A stretch of DNA of 64,000 nucleotides from Candidatus Omnitrophota bacterium. GTDB lineage: Bacteria; Omnitrophota; Gorgyraeia; DTHP01. Location of the stretch: contig JAMWCW010000003.1 of assembly GCA_023819145.1 (NCBI GenBank), forward strand, positions 4,321 through 68,320. The letters run 5' to 3'. The notes beneath the pieces are model-generated. The model searched no databases, had not been told where the DNA came from, and was given only the letters and a program-made list of their open reading frames with translations. This document shows, piece by piece, positions 30,360 through 38,945 of this stretch; the stretch's first letter is position 1, and every line of letters starts with the position of its first letter. The position numbers were made by a program, and so were the translations under genes.

Positions 30360-31040
30360 ATGAACTGGAAAGAACTTTTGGTAGATCCGTTTAAAGAAAT
30401 GCTTGCACGGTTTTTTGGTTTTCTGCCTACCTTGGTAAAAGTTTTAGTAGTACTTATTGTAGGTTGGCTTCTCGCTAAGTTTATTCAGAGGCTTATTACC
30501 CGTGGGCTTAAGCTAGCAAGACTTGATGTTTTAGCAGAGCGCTGTGGAATTCACCGGTTTCTCTCTAAAGGGGAAATAAAACATACCCTCTCTGAGCTTT
30601 TGGGAATTCTTGTTTATTGGTTTATGCTTATTGCCGTGGGCATAACGGTGATAAACGTCTTGGGACTTACGGTAGCGCAGGACCTTTTTAGCAAAATAGT
30701 CCTCTATATCCCGAAAGTGGTCGCCTCCATATTTATTCTGGTTGTGGGAATATTTTTTGCCACTTTTATGAATACCAGTGTACGCACCGCTTCTACAAAT
30801 GCGGGAATTAGTCAAGCCAGATTATTAGGGCAACTCACCCAAATTGCCATTATCATTTTCTCAATAGCTATTGCTGCGGAGCAACTAAATATCGGAACCA
30901 GAATAATCAGTTCTTTGGTAACTATCCTTTTAGGTTCTATTGGACTGGCGGTAGGTCTGGCTTTCGGTTTGGGTTGTAAAGAAATGGCAGCCAGATTTCT
31001 TCAGGATTGGTTAGAAAAGACTAAAACAAAAACTTGGTAG
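30360..31040 (+). CDS. integral membrane protein with MscS-like conserved TM-helix repeats
   Basis: 226 aa; several hydrophobic helices with repeated basic-flanked segments; family assignment tentative. Confidence 0.6.
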   Translation: MNWKELLVDPFKEMLARFFGFLPTLVKVLVVLIVGWLLAKFIQRLITRGLKLARLDVLAERCGIHRFLSKGEIKHTLSELLGILVYWFMLIAVGITVINVLGLTVAQDLFSKIVLYIPKVVASIFILVVGIFFATFMNTSVRTASTNAGISQARLLGQLTQIAIIIFSIAIAAEQLNIGTRIISSLVTILLGSIGLAVGLAFGLGCKEMAARFLQDWLEKTKTKTW

Positions 31041-31066
31041 AGAAAATTTATTATTTATAGAAGAAA

Positions 31067-31098
31067 GGGAGAGCGAGAGCTCTCCCTTTTTGTATTTT
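31067..31098 (+). terminator. intrinsic terminator after membrane protein gene
   Basis: GGGAGAGC-gaga-GCTCTCCC hairpin followed by TTTTTGTATTTT. Confidence 0.75.
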
Positions 31099-31113
31099 GA
31101 AAGAGGTGAAGAT

Positions 31114-32169
31114 TTGAAAATAGGCATTATAGGTCCGCCCTTAAGTGGGAAAACGTTACTTTTCAATACTTTATTGGGTGGTGTTTCTTTTAAGAAAGGA
31201 GAGCATATGCCTGAAGGGATAACGCTCCATTTAGGAACAATAAAATTGGAAGACGAGCGTCTCTATAATCTTGCAAAGAAGGTTGGCTCAAAGAAAATAA
31301 CTTTTTCTGAAATAGGGATCATCGATTTGGCTTTGTACGAACAGAATAAGAAGAATTGTTTTGACTCTTCTTTCTTACGAGAAGCCGATGGTTTTGTAGT
31401 GGTTGTAAGATGTTTTGAGTATCCCGGCGCAATCTCTTTTAATCCTTTAAAGGATGCGAAAGGTATTGAGGAAGAATTAATCTTGAAAGATCTGGAAGTT
31501 ATTCAGAAAAGAATGGATAGGATTGAGCAAGATATTAAAAAAGGTAAAAAAGAAGAAAAAGAATTGGAAGTTTTAAGAAAGCTTAGCCAGCATCTGGAAG
31601 ATAATAAGGCGTTAAGGAATGTGCGACTTGAAGCGGGAGAAGAGAAGCAGCTGTGTGGTTTTAAATTTTTGAGCCAGAAACCCATATTTTTTGTTCTAAA
31701 CGTAGATGAAAGAATGGGCTTAACAGAGATAGAAGAAATAGGTAAGTCCTTTACTCAAGAGGGGTATAATTTTATTCTTACCTCATTGAAAATTGAGAAC
31801 GAGTTGAACGAAATGGAAGAAAAAGAACGCTTTGTTTTTTTGGAAACTTTTGGCTTTAAAGATTTGATAAAAGAACGCTTCCTTTCTGCCTGTCTGAGTT
31901 TTTTAAACTTAGTAAGTTTTTTTACAGTGAAAGGAGAAGAGGCAAAGGCATGGCTTATTGAGAAAAACACTCCTGCCATCAAGGCAGCAGGGAAGATTCA
32001 TTCAGATATAGAAAAGGGTTTTATAAAAGCAGAGGTTATAAACTATAAAGACTTCGTAGAGGTAGGTTTTTCTTTCAGCGAAGCCAGAGCAAAGGGGTTA
32101 GTCCATCTGGAATCAAAAGATTATATTGTTAATGATGGAGACATAATTGACTTTCGTTTTGCTATTTAG
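31114..32169 (+). CDS. ychF: ribosome-binding ATPase YchF-like (Obg-family P-loop NTPase with TGS domain)
   Basis: TTG at 31114 with AAGAGG RBS; GPPLSGKT P-loop, VVVRCFE, AGKIHSDIEKGFIKAEVI, KDYIVNDGDIIDFRF. Confidence 0.8.
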   Translation: MKIGIIGPPLSGKTLLFNTLLGGVSFKKGEHMPEGITLHLGTIKLEDERLYNLAKKVGSKKITFSEIGIIDLALYEQNKKNCFDSSFLREADGFVVVVRCFEYPGAISFNPLKDAKGIEEELILKDLEVIQKRMDRIEQDIKKGKKEEKELEVLRKLSQHLEDNKALRNVRLEAGEEKQLCGFKFLSQKPIFFVLNVDERMGLTEIEEIGKSFTQEGYNFILTSLKIENELNEMEEKERFVFLETFGFKDLIKERFLSACLSFLNLVSFFTVKGEEAKAWLIEKNTPAIKAAGKIHSDIEKGFIKAEVINYKDFVEVGFSFSEARAKGLVHLESKDYIVNDGDIIDFRFAI

Positions 32170-32182
32170 TAGGATATATAAT

Positions 32183-32767
32183 ATGAATAAACAGACGATA
32201 GGAAAGAATATTTTTTGGGGAGCAATATTTTTGTTATTTGCTTTTATGAATTTTTCTTGCGCCTTGAAGATAACGGAAGAGGATATTAAAAAAGTAGAAA
32301 ATTTTGACCCTCAGTTCAAAACACTTCTATCCCAAAAGAGAAATATCGCAGAAAAGGTTATGGTTTTAGAGCATAAGATTACTTTGGAAAAGTTAGAGAC
32401 AGATAAGCAAATAGAGGTAATTAGAGGTCAGTTTAGAGATAAGAAGAAAGAGATTGAAAAAGAAATTATTGAGGTTAGAAAAGGGCTTGATCCCGGAATG
32501 AATGGGATAAAGGACAAAATAAAAGAACTTAATCAGAGCCTTTCTTCTTTAATGAAGAGACTTTCTACTATAGAGAATATGCTTAAAAATACAAAAAACT
32601 TAATGAGAAAGTCTCAAGAGACAAGCATTGTCCTTAAAGATAAAACAGATTGGGAAAGGGAGATTAGCGTCTTAGAGAAAGAGAAAGAAGAAATTAATAC
32701 CAAGATTCAAGGGATTAGAGAAGAAATTGCTCTTTATGAACTAGAGTTGAGAATACTGAGACAATAA
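32183..32767 (+). CDS. secreted or membrane-anchored coiled-coil protein, hypothetical
   Basis: ATG at 32183 (MNKQ); hydrophobic N-terminus, then heptad-rich K/E sequence. Confidence 0.55.
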   Translation: MNKQTIGKNIFWGAIFLLFAFMNFSCALKITEEDIKKVENFDPQFKTLLSQKRNIAEKVMVLEHKITLEKLETDKQIEVIRGQFRDKKKEIEKEIIEVRKGLDPGMNGIKDKIKELNQSLSSLMKRLSTIENMLKNTKNLMRKSQETSIVLKDKTDWEREISVLEKEKEEINTKIQGIREEIALYELELRILRQ

Positions 32768-32826
32768 ATTTTATTGACAGGATATTTTATTTACAGTAAA
32801 CTTAAGAAAGAAATGAGGTGATTATT

Positions 32827-33006
32827 ATGGCAAAGGTAGTAGTAAGACCAGGGCAGTCTATTGAAGGAGCAATCCGAGCTTTTCGCAAAAAATGTCAAGA
32901 GGAGAGGATTATTCAAAACTATAAAAGAGCTTCACGTTATGAAAAACCTTCTGCTGCACGGCGCATAAAACAGAAAGAAAGTCGTATGCGCGGTAGGGGG
33001 AGGTAG
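32827..33006 (+). CDS. rpsU: 30S ribosomal protein S21
   Basis: MAKVVVRPGQSIEGAIRAFRKKC...; GAGGTG RBS; ORF track start 32818. Confidence 0.85.
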   Translation: MAKVVVRPGQSIEGAIRAFRKKCQEERIIQNYKRASRYEKPSAARRIKQKESRMRGRGR

Positions 33007-33068
33007 CTTTATAAAGATAGGCTTGACAACTTTGGAATTTTTGCTAAAATTTTAAAACCAAAAGACAA

Positions 33069-33108
33069 AGGCGTCTCTGTAGCAAAAGAAGACGCCTTTT
33101 TGTTTTTT
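33069..33108 (+). terminator. intrinsic terminator downstream of rpsU
   Basis: AGGCGTCT ... AGACGCCT stem followed by TTTTTGTTTTTT. Confidence 0.7.
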
Positions 33109-33124
33109 ATTGGGGAATAGTTAG

Positions 33125-33967
33125 ATGGTAGAGATAATTTGCAAGAAGATAATTGCTTATAGTTTAGGAACACGTATCGTCCAACTGGAGTTAAAGTCTC
33201 CTCTAATTGCAAAAAAAACTCTCCCGGGGCAATTTGTAGTGTTAATGGTTTCCGAGAAAGGAGAGCGCATTCCTCTGACAGTAGTAGATAAAGATGAAGA
33301 AAGAGGGACAATTACCTTAATTTTCCAAGAAGCAGGGTTTACCACACGGTCTTTAGGAAGTTTGAAAGAAGGGGATTTTTTATATGCTTTGGTAGGACCA
33401 TTAGGAAATTATACAGAGATAAAGAATTATGGAAAAGTAGCTTTGGTTGGAGGAGGGGTGGGAATTGCGGAAATTTATCCGGTAGCCAAGGCTTTGAGAA
33501 AGGAAAACAATCATCTTATTACCATATTAGGTGCAAGAACCAAAGATTTATTGATTTTAGAAAAAGAACTAAAACAAGTATCTCAGGAATTGTATGTTAC
33601 TACCGATGATGGTTCTTATGGTAGAAAAGGATTTGTTACCGATGTTTTGCAAGAATTATTAACTATACACTATGCGCTGAATGCTATAGAATTAATCTAT
33701 GCGGTCGGTCCTGTTCCTATGATGAAAGGGGTTTCTCAAATTGCTAAAGATAGGGGAATAAAAGCCATTGTTTCTTTGAATGCTTTAATGGTCGATGCTA
33801 CAGGAATGTGCGGATGCTGTAGAGTAACCGTTGATGGAAAGACAAAATTTAGTTGCATTGATGGGCCAGAGTTTGAAGCCCAAAGTATAGATTGGGAGGA
33901 ATTAGGGAAAAGAACAAAGATGTATCAGGATAAAGAAACTCATATTTGCAAACTATACAACCGATGA
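33125..33967 (+). CDS. NfnA/SudB-like FAD/NAD-binding electron-transfer subunit (PyrK family) with [2Fe-2S] site
   Basis: 280 aa; ferredoxin-NADP reductase-like fold and C-terminal CGCC..C cluster motif; paired with GltD-like subunit. Confidence 0.7.
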   Translation: MVEIICKKIIAYSLGTRIVQLELKSPLIAKKTLPGQFVVLMVSEKGERIPLTVVDKDEERGTITLIFQEAGFTTRSLGSLKEGDFLYALVGPLGNYTEIKNYGKVALVGGGVGIAEIYPVAKALRKENNHLITILGARTKDLLILEKELKQVSQELYVTTDDGSYGRKGFVTDVLQELLTIHYALNAIELIYAVGPVPMMKGVSQIAKDRGIKAIVSLNALMVDATGMCGCCRVTVDGKTKFSCIDGPEFEAQSIDWEELGKRTKMYQDKETHICKLYNR

Positions 33968-35412
33968 GAAAAGAGCCAGTTAAAGTAAAAGAAATTAATA
34001 TTGAGGAAAGAACCAAAAGTTTTAAAGAGGTGGTTTTGGGTTATACTGAAGAAGAGGCAATTCTTGAAGCAAAAAGGTGTTTACAGTGCAAAAATCCTAC
34101 CTGTATCCTGGGGTGTCCTGTAGGAATAGATATAAAGAAATTTATTAATCAGATTGCCCAAAAAGATTACGAAGGTGCATATTGTACAATTAGAGAAAAA
34201 AATAATTTTCCCTCTATCTGTGGAAGGGTTTGCCCTGCAGAATATCAGTGTAGAAAAGCTTGTGTTTTGACTAAACGAGGTTCTATTTTTGCCTCTTTTG
34301 AAGCGATAAATATTCATTTCTTGGAGAGATTTGTGGGAGATTGGGGAATGATAAATATAAATTCTAAATCCGAAGCTCTAAATCCGAAGGTAAAGGGAAT
34401 AAAGAATTTAAACTTGAAATTTAGAGATAAAAGAGTGGCAGTTGTGGGTTCCGGGCCTGCAGGGCTATGTTGTGCGGGAGAGCTTGCGCGTCGTGGAATT
34501 GCAGTAGATATCTATGAAAGTTTACACAAACCAGGAGGTGTTTTGCGTTACGGAATACCTAATTTTCGTTTACCTCAAGAGATTTTAGATAGCGAGATAA
34601 ATTACCTGAGAGAGTTAGGAGTAGAAATAATGACTAATTTTGTCATTGGGAAATTAAAAACCGTAGATGAACTTTTTAAAGAGGGTTATTCCGCTATTTT
34701 TTTAGGTTTGGGTGCAGGAATCCCTACTTTTTTAGGAATTAAAGGAGAAAATCTCTGCAACATCTACTCGGCAAATGAGTTTTTAACCCGCGTTAACCTT
34801 ATGTTTGCTTACAAATTTCCCGATTATCATACGCCTCTAAATATAGGAGAGAGAATTATAGTAATTGGTGGAGGAAATACGGCAATGGATGCGGCAAGGT
34901 CTGCTTTAAGACTTCAGGTAATGAATAGAATTAAACCCGATGTTACGATACTTTATCGACGTACAGAGAGTGAGATGCCTGCAAGGCGTTTAGAGATTGC
35001 TCATGCTCAAGAAGAGGGAGTTAAATTTAAATTTTTAGTCCAGCCGCAGGAATTTGTTTCTGATAAACAAGGGTTTCTTAAAGGGCTTGTTTGTTTAGAG
35101 TGCAAGTTAGGAGAACCTGATGATTCTGGAAGACCAAAATCTATTCCTGTTCCAGGAAGTGATTTTCTTTTGGAAACGGATTTAGTAATCGTGGCTGTGG
35201 GCTTAAGGGCAAATCAGTTGCTTACTAGGGTTACTCCTGAGCTTAAGGTTGATAAGTATGGCGATATCATTGTTAATCCGGAGACGATGGAAACTTCGTT
35301 AAAGAATGTTTTTGCTGGTGGAGATATTGTAGGCGGAGAAGGGACAGTAATTGAAGCAATGGGTATGGCAAAGAAGGCAAGCGCTTCTATAATTAATCTC
35401 CTTTTCCCCTAA
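33964..35412 (+). CDS. NfnB/SudA-like subunit (glutamate synthase small-subunit family; 2x[4Fe-4S], FAD, NADPH)
   Basis: ATG at 33964 (ATGA overlap with upstream gene); Cys clusters CLQCKNPTC..C and CGRVCPAEYQC; Rossmann VAVVGSGPAGL. Confidence 0.7.
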   Translation: MRKEPVKVKEINIEERTKSFKEVVLGYTEEEAILEAKRCLQCKNPTCILGCPVGIDIKKFINQIAQKDYEGAYCTIREKNNFPSICGRVCPAEYQCRKACVLTKRGSIFASFEAINIHFLERFVGDWGMININSKSEALNPKVKGIKNLNLKFRDKRVAVVGSGPAGLCCAGELARRGIAVDIYESLHKPGGVLRYGIPNFRLPQEILDSEINYLRELGVEIMTNFVIGKLKTVDELFKEGYSAIFLGLGAGIPTFLGIKGENLCNIYSANEFLTRVNLMFAYKFPDYHTPLNIGERIIVIGGGNTAMDAARSALRLQVMNRIKPDVTILYRRTESEMPARRLEIAHAQEEGVKFKFLVQPQEFVSDKQGFLKGLVCLECKLGEPDDSGRPKSIPVPGSDFLLETDLVIVAVGLRANQLLTRVTPELKVDKYGDIIVNPETMETSLKNVFAGGDIVGGEGTVIEAMGMAKKASASIINLLFP

Positions 35413-35429
35413 TTTTTTCCAGGATTGAT

Positions 35430-35457
35430 TTGACAGAACTGAAATTTAGGATATAAT
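35430..35457 (+). promoter_or_regulatory. sigma70-like promoter upstream of gdhA
   Basis: TTGACA (35430-35435), 16-nt spacer, TATAAT (35452-35457). Confidence 0.5.
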
Positions 35458-35494
35458 AGAGAATCTAATAAAAAACAAAATAAGGAGGGATAAG

Positions 35495-36832
35495 ATGTCT
35501 AAGTATGTAGAAGATTTTATGGCAAAGGTAATCAATAATAATCCTCAGGAACCGGAATTTCATCAGGCGGTAAGAGAAGTAGTGGAATCAGTGATAGATT
35601 ACATAGACAAAAATCCTAAATACAAAGAATACAAAATCTTGGAAAGAATGGTCGAAGCAGAGCGAATAATTATTTTCCGTGTACCTTGGTTGGATGATAA
35701 GGGAGAAATTCAAGTAAATCGTGGATACCGTGTAGAGATGAATAGTGCAATTGGTCCTTATAAAGGAGGGATACGTTTTCATCCCACAGTTAATTTAAGT
35801 ATTCTTAAATTTCTGGCCTTTGAACAGGTCTTCAAAAATGCCCTGACTACTCTTCCCATGGGAGGTGGCAAGGGGGGTTCTGATTTTGACCCCAAAGGAA
35901 AGTCTGACAATGAAGTGATGAAGTTTTGTCAAAGTTTTATGAACGAGTTGTTCAGACACATCGGTCCTGATACCGATGTTCCTGCAGGTGATATCGGCGT
36001 AGGTTTGCGTGAAATTGGCTATATGTTTGGGCAGTATAAAAAACTGCGTAATGAGTTTACAGGGGTTTTTACCGGTAAAGGTCTTAAATGGGGAGGGAGT
36101 TTAATTAGACCCGAAGCAACAGGATACGGTTGTGTATATTTTGCCCAGGAGATGTTGAAAACACGTAAGGAAGCATTAAAGGGTAAGGTTTGCGCTATTT
36201 CGGGTTCAGGCAATGTTGCGCAGTATACTGCAGAAAAACTTATCCAGTTAGGAGCCAAAGTAGTAACCATGTCGGATTCCAATGGATTTATTTATGATGA
36301 GAAAGGGATTGATAAGAAAAAATTAGATTTTATTTTTGAACTTAAGAATATAAAACGTGGAAGAATCAAAGAATATGCGCAGAAATTTAAATGCAAATAT
36401 TTCGAAAATCAAAAACCTTGGGGGATAAAATGTGATATTGCCTTTCCCTCTGCTACGCAGAACGAAATAAGCGGAGAAGAGGCAAAAACTTTGGTTAAGA
36501 ATGGTTGCTTCTTAGTAGCCGAGGGAGCAAATATGCCCACAACACCCCAAGGCATTGATGTTTTTCAAAAGGCAAAAATTCTATACGCTCCGGGTAAAGC
36601 GGCTAATGCGGGAGGAGTAGCTACCTCGGGATTAGAAATGACGCAGAATAGTATAAGACTTTCTTGGACACGCGAAGAGGTTGATAAAAAACTTCAGGAA
36701 ATAATGATTGCTATCCATGAACAGTGTGTGAAATACGGAAAAGAAGGTAACTACATCAACTATGTAAAGGGTGCTAATATTGCTGGTTTTGTAAAAGTAG
36801 CAGATGCGATGATAGAGCAGGGGTTGGTGTAG
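35495..36832 (+). CDS. gdhA: NADP-specific glutamate dehydrogenase
   Basis: 445 aa; GGGKGG active-site region (PMGGGKGGSDFDPKGKS) and Rossmann GSGNVAQY. Confidence 0.9.
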   Translation: MSKYVEDFMAKVINNNPQEPEFHQAVREVVESVIDYIDKNPKYKEYKILERMVEAERIIIFRVPWLDDKGEIQVNRGYRVEMNSAIGPYKGGIRFHPTVNLSILKFLAFEQVFKNALTTLPMGGGKGGSDFDPKGKSDNEVMKFCQSFMNELFRHIGPDTDVPAGDIGVGLREIGYMFGQYKKLRNEFTGVFTGKGLKWGGSLIRPEATGYGCVYFAQEMLKTRKEALKGKVCAISGSGNVAQYTAEKLIQLGAKVVTMSDSNGFIYDEKGIDKKKLDFIFELKNIKRGRIKEYAQKFKCKYFENQKPWGIKCDIAFPSATQNEISGEEAKTLVKNGCFLVAEGANMPTTPQGIDVFQKAKILYAPGKAANAGGVATSGLEMTQNSIRLSWTREEVDKKLQEIMIAIHEQCVKYGKEGNYINYVKGANIAGFVKVADAMIEQGLV

Positions 36833-36833
36833 C

Positions 36834-37313
36834 TTACTCTACAATTTCTCCGATGTAGCTGAATTGCCAGCATTCGATAGCAATCGCCCGTAAGTGCTCT
36901 ACGGTTCCGGGTTGATAGGTTACTGCATAGTCTATCGCTACTTCCTCTTTAACCTCTCCTCCCAGCGTAGAGTAGGGTTTTTCTAAGATTTCTTTTAGTT
37001 TCGGGTCAGTGACATTGATTACCAGTTTACCTCCTCTTAACTCCGCGGTTCCTAAAAACTCACCCTTGGTTGCTTTTTCGGGGTCAAGAGCATAAAAATT
37101 TACTCGCATTTCTACTTTCTCTTCTGGTTTTGTAGGTTCTGAAGAAGTGCTGGGTGAAAGAATAGGAGTAGGTTCTTCACGCGTATTTTGGATTACGGGA
37201 ATTTCTCTCTCAAGGGAAATATATTTTTTTTCCTTTTTGGGCAACCTTAGCACAAAAATAATAGCGCTGATAAGCAAGATGATTAAGATAAAATTTAACT
37301 TCTTCATTATCAT
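36834..37313 (-). CDS. hypothetical membrane-anchored protein
   Basis: Minus-strand ORF 36834..37346; ATG at 37313 preferred; N-terminal TM helix then Pro/Ser/Thr-rich linker; no family recognised. Confidence 0.45.
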   Translation of the reverse strand: MIMKKLNFILIILLISAIIFVLRLPKKEKKYISLEREIPVIQNTREEPTPILSPSTSSEPTKPEEKVEMRVNFYALDPEKATKGEFLGTAELRGGKLVINVTDPKLKEILEKPYSTLGGEVKEEVAIDYAVTYQPGTVEHLRAIAIECWQFSYIGEIVE

Positions 37314-37396
37314 TTTTAGTCTAAATCTTCCTTTACTGTTTGTCAAGATAAATCAAACTTGCAGAAAAAGAGTTGTTTTGTTAAGATAATTCTAAA

Positions 37397-38014
37397 ATGG
37401 TTGCGATTATCAATTATAGAATGGGCAATTTGAGAAGCGTAGCTAAAGCTTTTGAAAAAGTAGGCGCAGGAGTGTTAGTTACTTCTAAAATTAAAGATTT
37501 AAAAGAAGCAAAAGCGATAGTCTTACCAGGAGTAGGAGCTTTTGGGCAGGGAATGAAGCATCTTAAAGAATTGGGAATTATCTCAGTTCTAAAGGATGAG
37601 ATAAATAAAAGGAAACCTTTTTTGGGAATCTGTTTAGGAATGCAACTTTTACTTAGTTATAGCGAGGAACATGGGAAACACAAGGGTCTAGATATCATCA
37701 AGGGATTTGTAAAACGTTTCCCAGAAAATTTTAAAATTCCCCATATGGGATGGAATCAAGTAAAAATCCGAAATCCGAAATCCGAAATCCGAAACAAGAT
37801 TTTAAAAGGAATCCCAGATGGTTCTTATTTTTATTTTGTTCATTCCTATTATGTGGTGCCTGAGGATAAGAAGGTAATCGTAGCGACCACAGACTATGGG
37901 ATAGGATTTCCTTCAGTAATACAAAAAGAGAATATTTGGGGAGTGCAATTTCATCCGGAAAAGAGTCAAGAATGGGGGTTAAAGATAATTAAAAATTTTG
38001 TTAATTTTGTTTAA
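37397..38014 (+). CDS. hisH: imidazole glycerol phosphate synthase, glutamine amidotransferase subunit
   Basis: 205 aa; GICLGMQLL catalytic Cys, HMGWNQV, YFYFVHSY; contains in-frame heptamer repeat tract. Confidence 0.9.
   Translation: MVAIINYRMGNLRSVAKAFEKVGAGVLVTSKIKDLKEAKAIVLPGVGAFGQGMKHLKELGIISVLKDEINKRKPFLGICLGMQLLLSYSEEHGKHKGLDIIKGFVKRFPENFKIPHMGWNQVKIRNPKSEIRNKILKGIPDGSYFYFVHSYYVVPEDKKVIVATTDYGIGFPSVIQKENIWGVQFHPEKSQEWGLKIIKNFVNFV
37764..37794 (+). repeat. tandem heptanucleotide repeat (ATCCGAA x4) inside hisH
   Basis: aaatccgaaatccgaaatccgaaatccgaaac read directly; encodes KIRNPKSEIRNK. Confidence 0.9.
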
Positions 38015-38117
38015 TTAGTTAATTTCGTTTAATCGTTATGTTCGTTACTCTCGTGAGGGATAATCTATTTAGTTAAACGAACAAAACGAGCCACGCGTAC
38101 AAAAGAAAGGACCGGTT

Positions 38118-38942
38118 ATGTTAGCAAGAAGAATTATTCCCTGTCTGGATGTTAAAGATGGTCGCGTAGTAAAAGGGATAAATTTTGTTAATTTACGCGA
38201 TGCCGGAGACCCTGTGGAGCAGGCAAAGATTTACGATAAAGAAGGAGCGGATGAGTTGGTTTTTTTGGACATTACTGCCAGTTTTGAAAAACGCTCTCCC
38301 ATCATTGAGGTGATAAAGAAAACTGCGGAGGCGATTTTTATTCCTCTTGCAGTGGGAGGAGGAATAAGAAATTTGGAGGACATTCGCCTCTTGCTTTCTT
38401 CAGGAGCAGATAAGGTTTCTGTAAATACTTTTGCAGTAAAAAACCCCAAGTTGGTTAAAGAAGCAGCGAAGGAATTTGGTAGTCAGTGTATTGTGGTAGC
38501 GATAGATGCTAAGAGAAAAATGAAATCCTCACCCTTGCGAGATAAGGCGTGCCCAACAAAGTTAGGCGGTGAATCCCGAAATCCAAAATTAAAGTGGGAA
38601 GTGTATATTCATGGAGGCAGAACCCCTACTGGTCTTGATGTTATAGAGTGGGCAAAGCGTGTTTATGATTTAGGAGCAGGAGAAATTCTCTTAACCAGTA
38701 TGGATAGGGATGGGACAAAATTAGGATATGACTTAGAATTGACCAGGAAAGTTGTTGAAGCGGTTAGAATTCCCGTGATTGCTTCTGGTGGAGCAGGGAA
38801 CTTAAAGCATCTTTTTGAGGCGTTTAAATTCGCTTTTGTAGATGCGGTTTTAGCTGCTTCCATATTCCATTACGGAGAATATTCCATTTCCCAAGCAAAA
38901 GATTATTTAAAGAAAAGAGGTATTCCCATAAGAGGAAATTAA
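38118..38942 (+). CDS. hisF: imidazole glycerol phosphate synthase, cyclase subunit
   Basis: 274 aa; (beta/alpha)8 HisF motifs ([32 protein letters not shown]); about 20-aa insertion after AIDAKR. Confidence 0.9.
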   Translation: MLARRIIPCLDVKDGRVVKGINFVNLRDAGDPVEQAKIYDKEGADELVFLDITASFEKRSPIIEVIKKTAEAIFIPLAVGGGIRNLEDIRLLLSSGADKVSVNTFAVKNPKLVKEAAKEFGSQCIVVAIDAKRKMKSSPLRDKACPTKLGGESRNPKLKWEVYIHGGRTPTGLDVIEWAKRVYDLGAGEILLTSMDRDGTKLGYDLELTRKVVEAVRIPVIASGGAGNLKHLFEAFKFAFVDAVLAASIFHYGEYSISQAKDYLKKRGIPIRGN

Positions 38943-38945
38943 GAG

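Noticed and set aside
31090-31113. TTG start for ychF given in the ORF track
   Set aside because: It falls inside the T-run of the upstream terminator with no RBS; the in-frame TTG at 31114 has an AAGAGG RBS.
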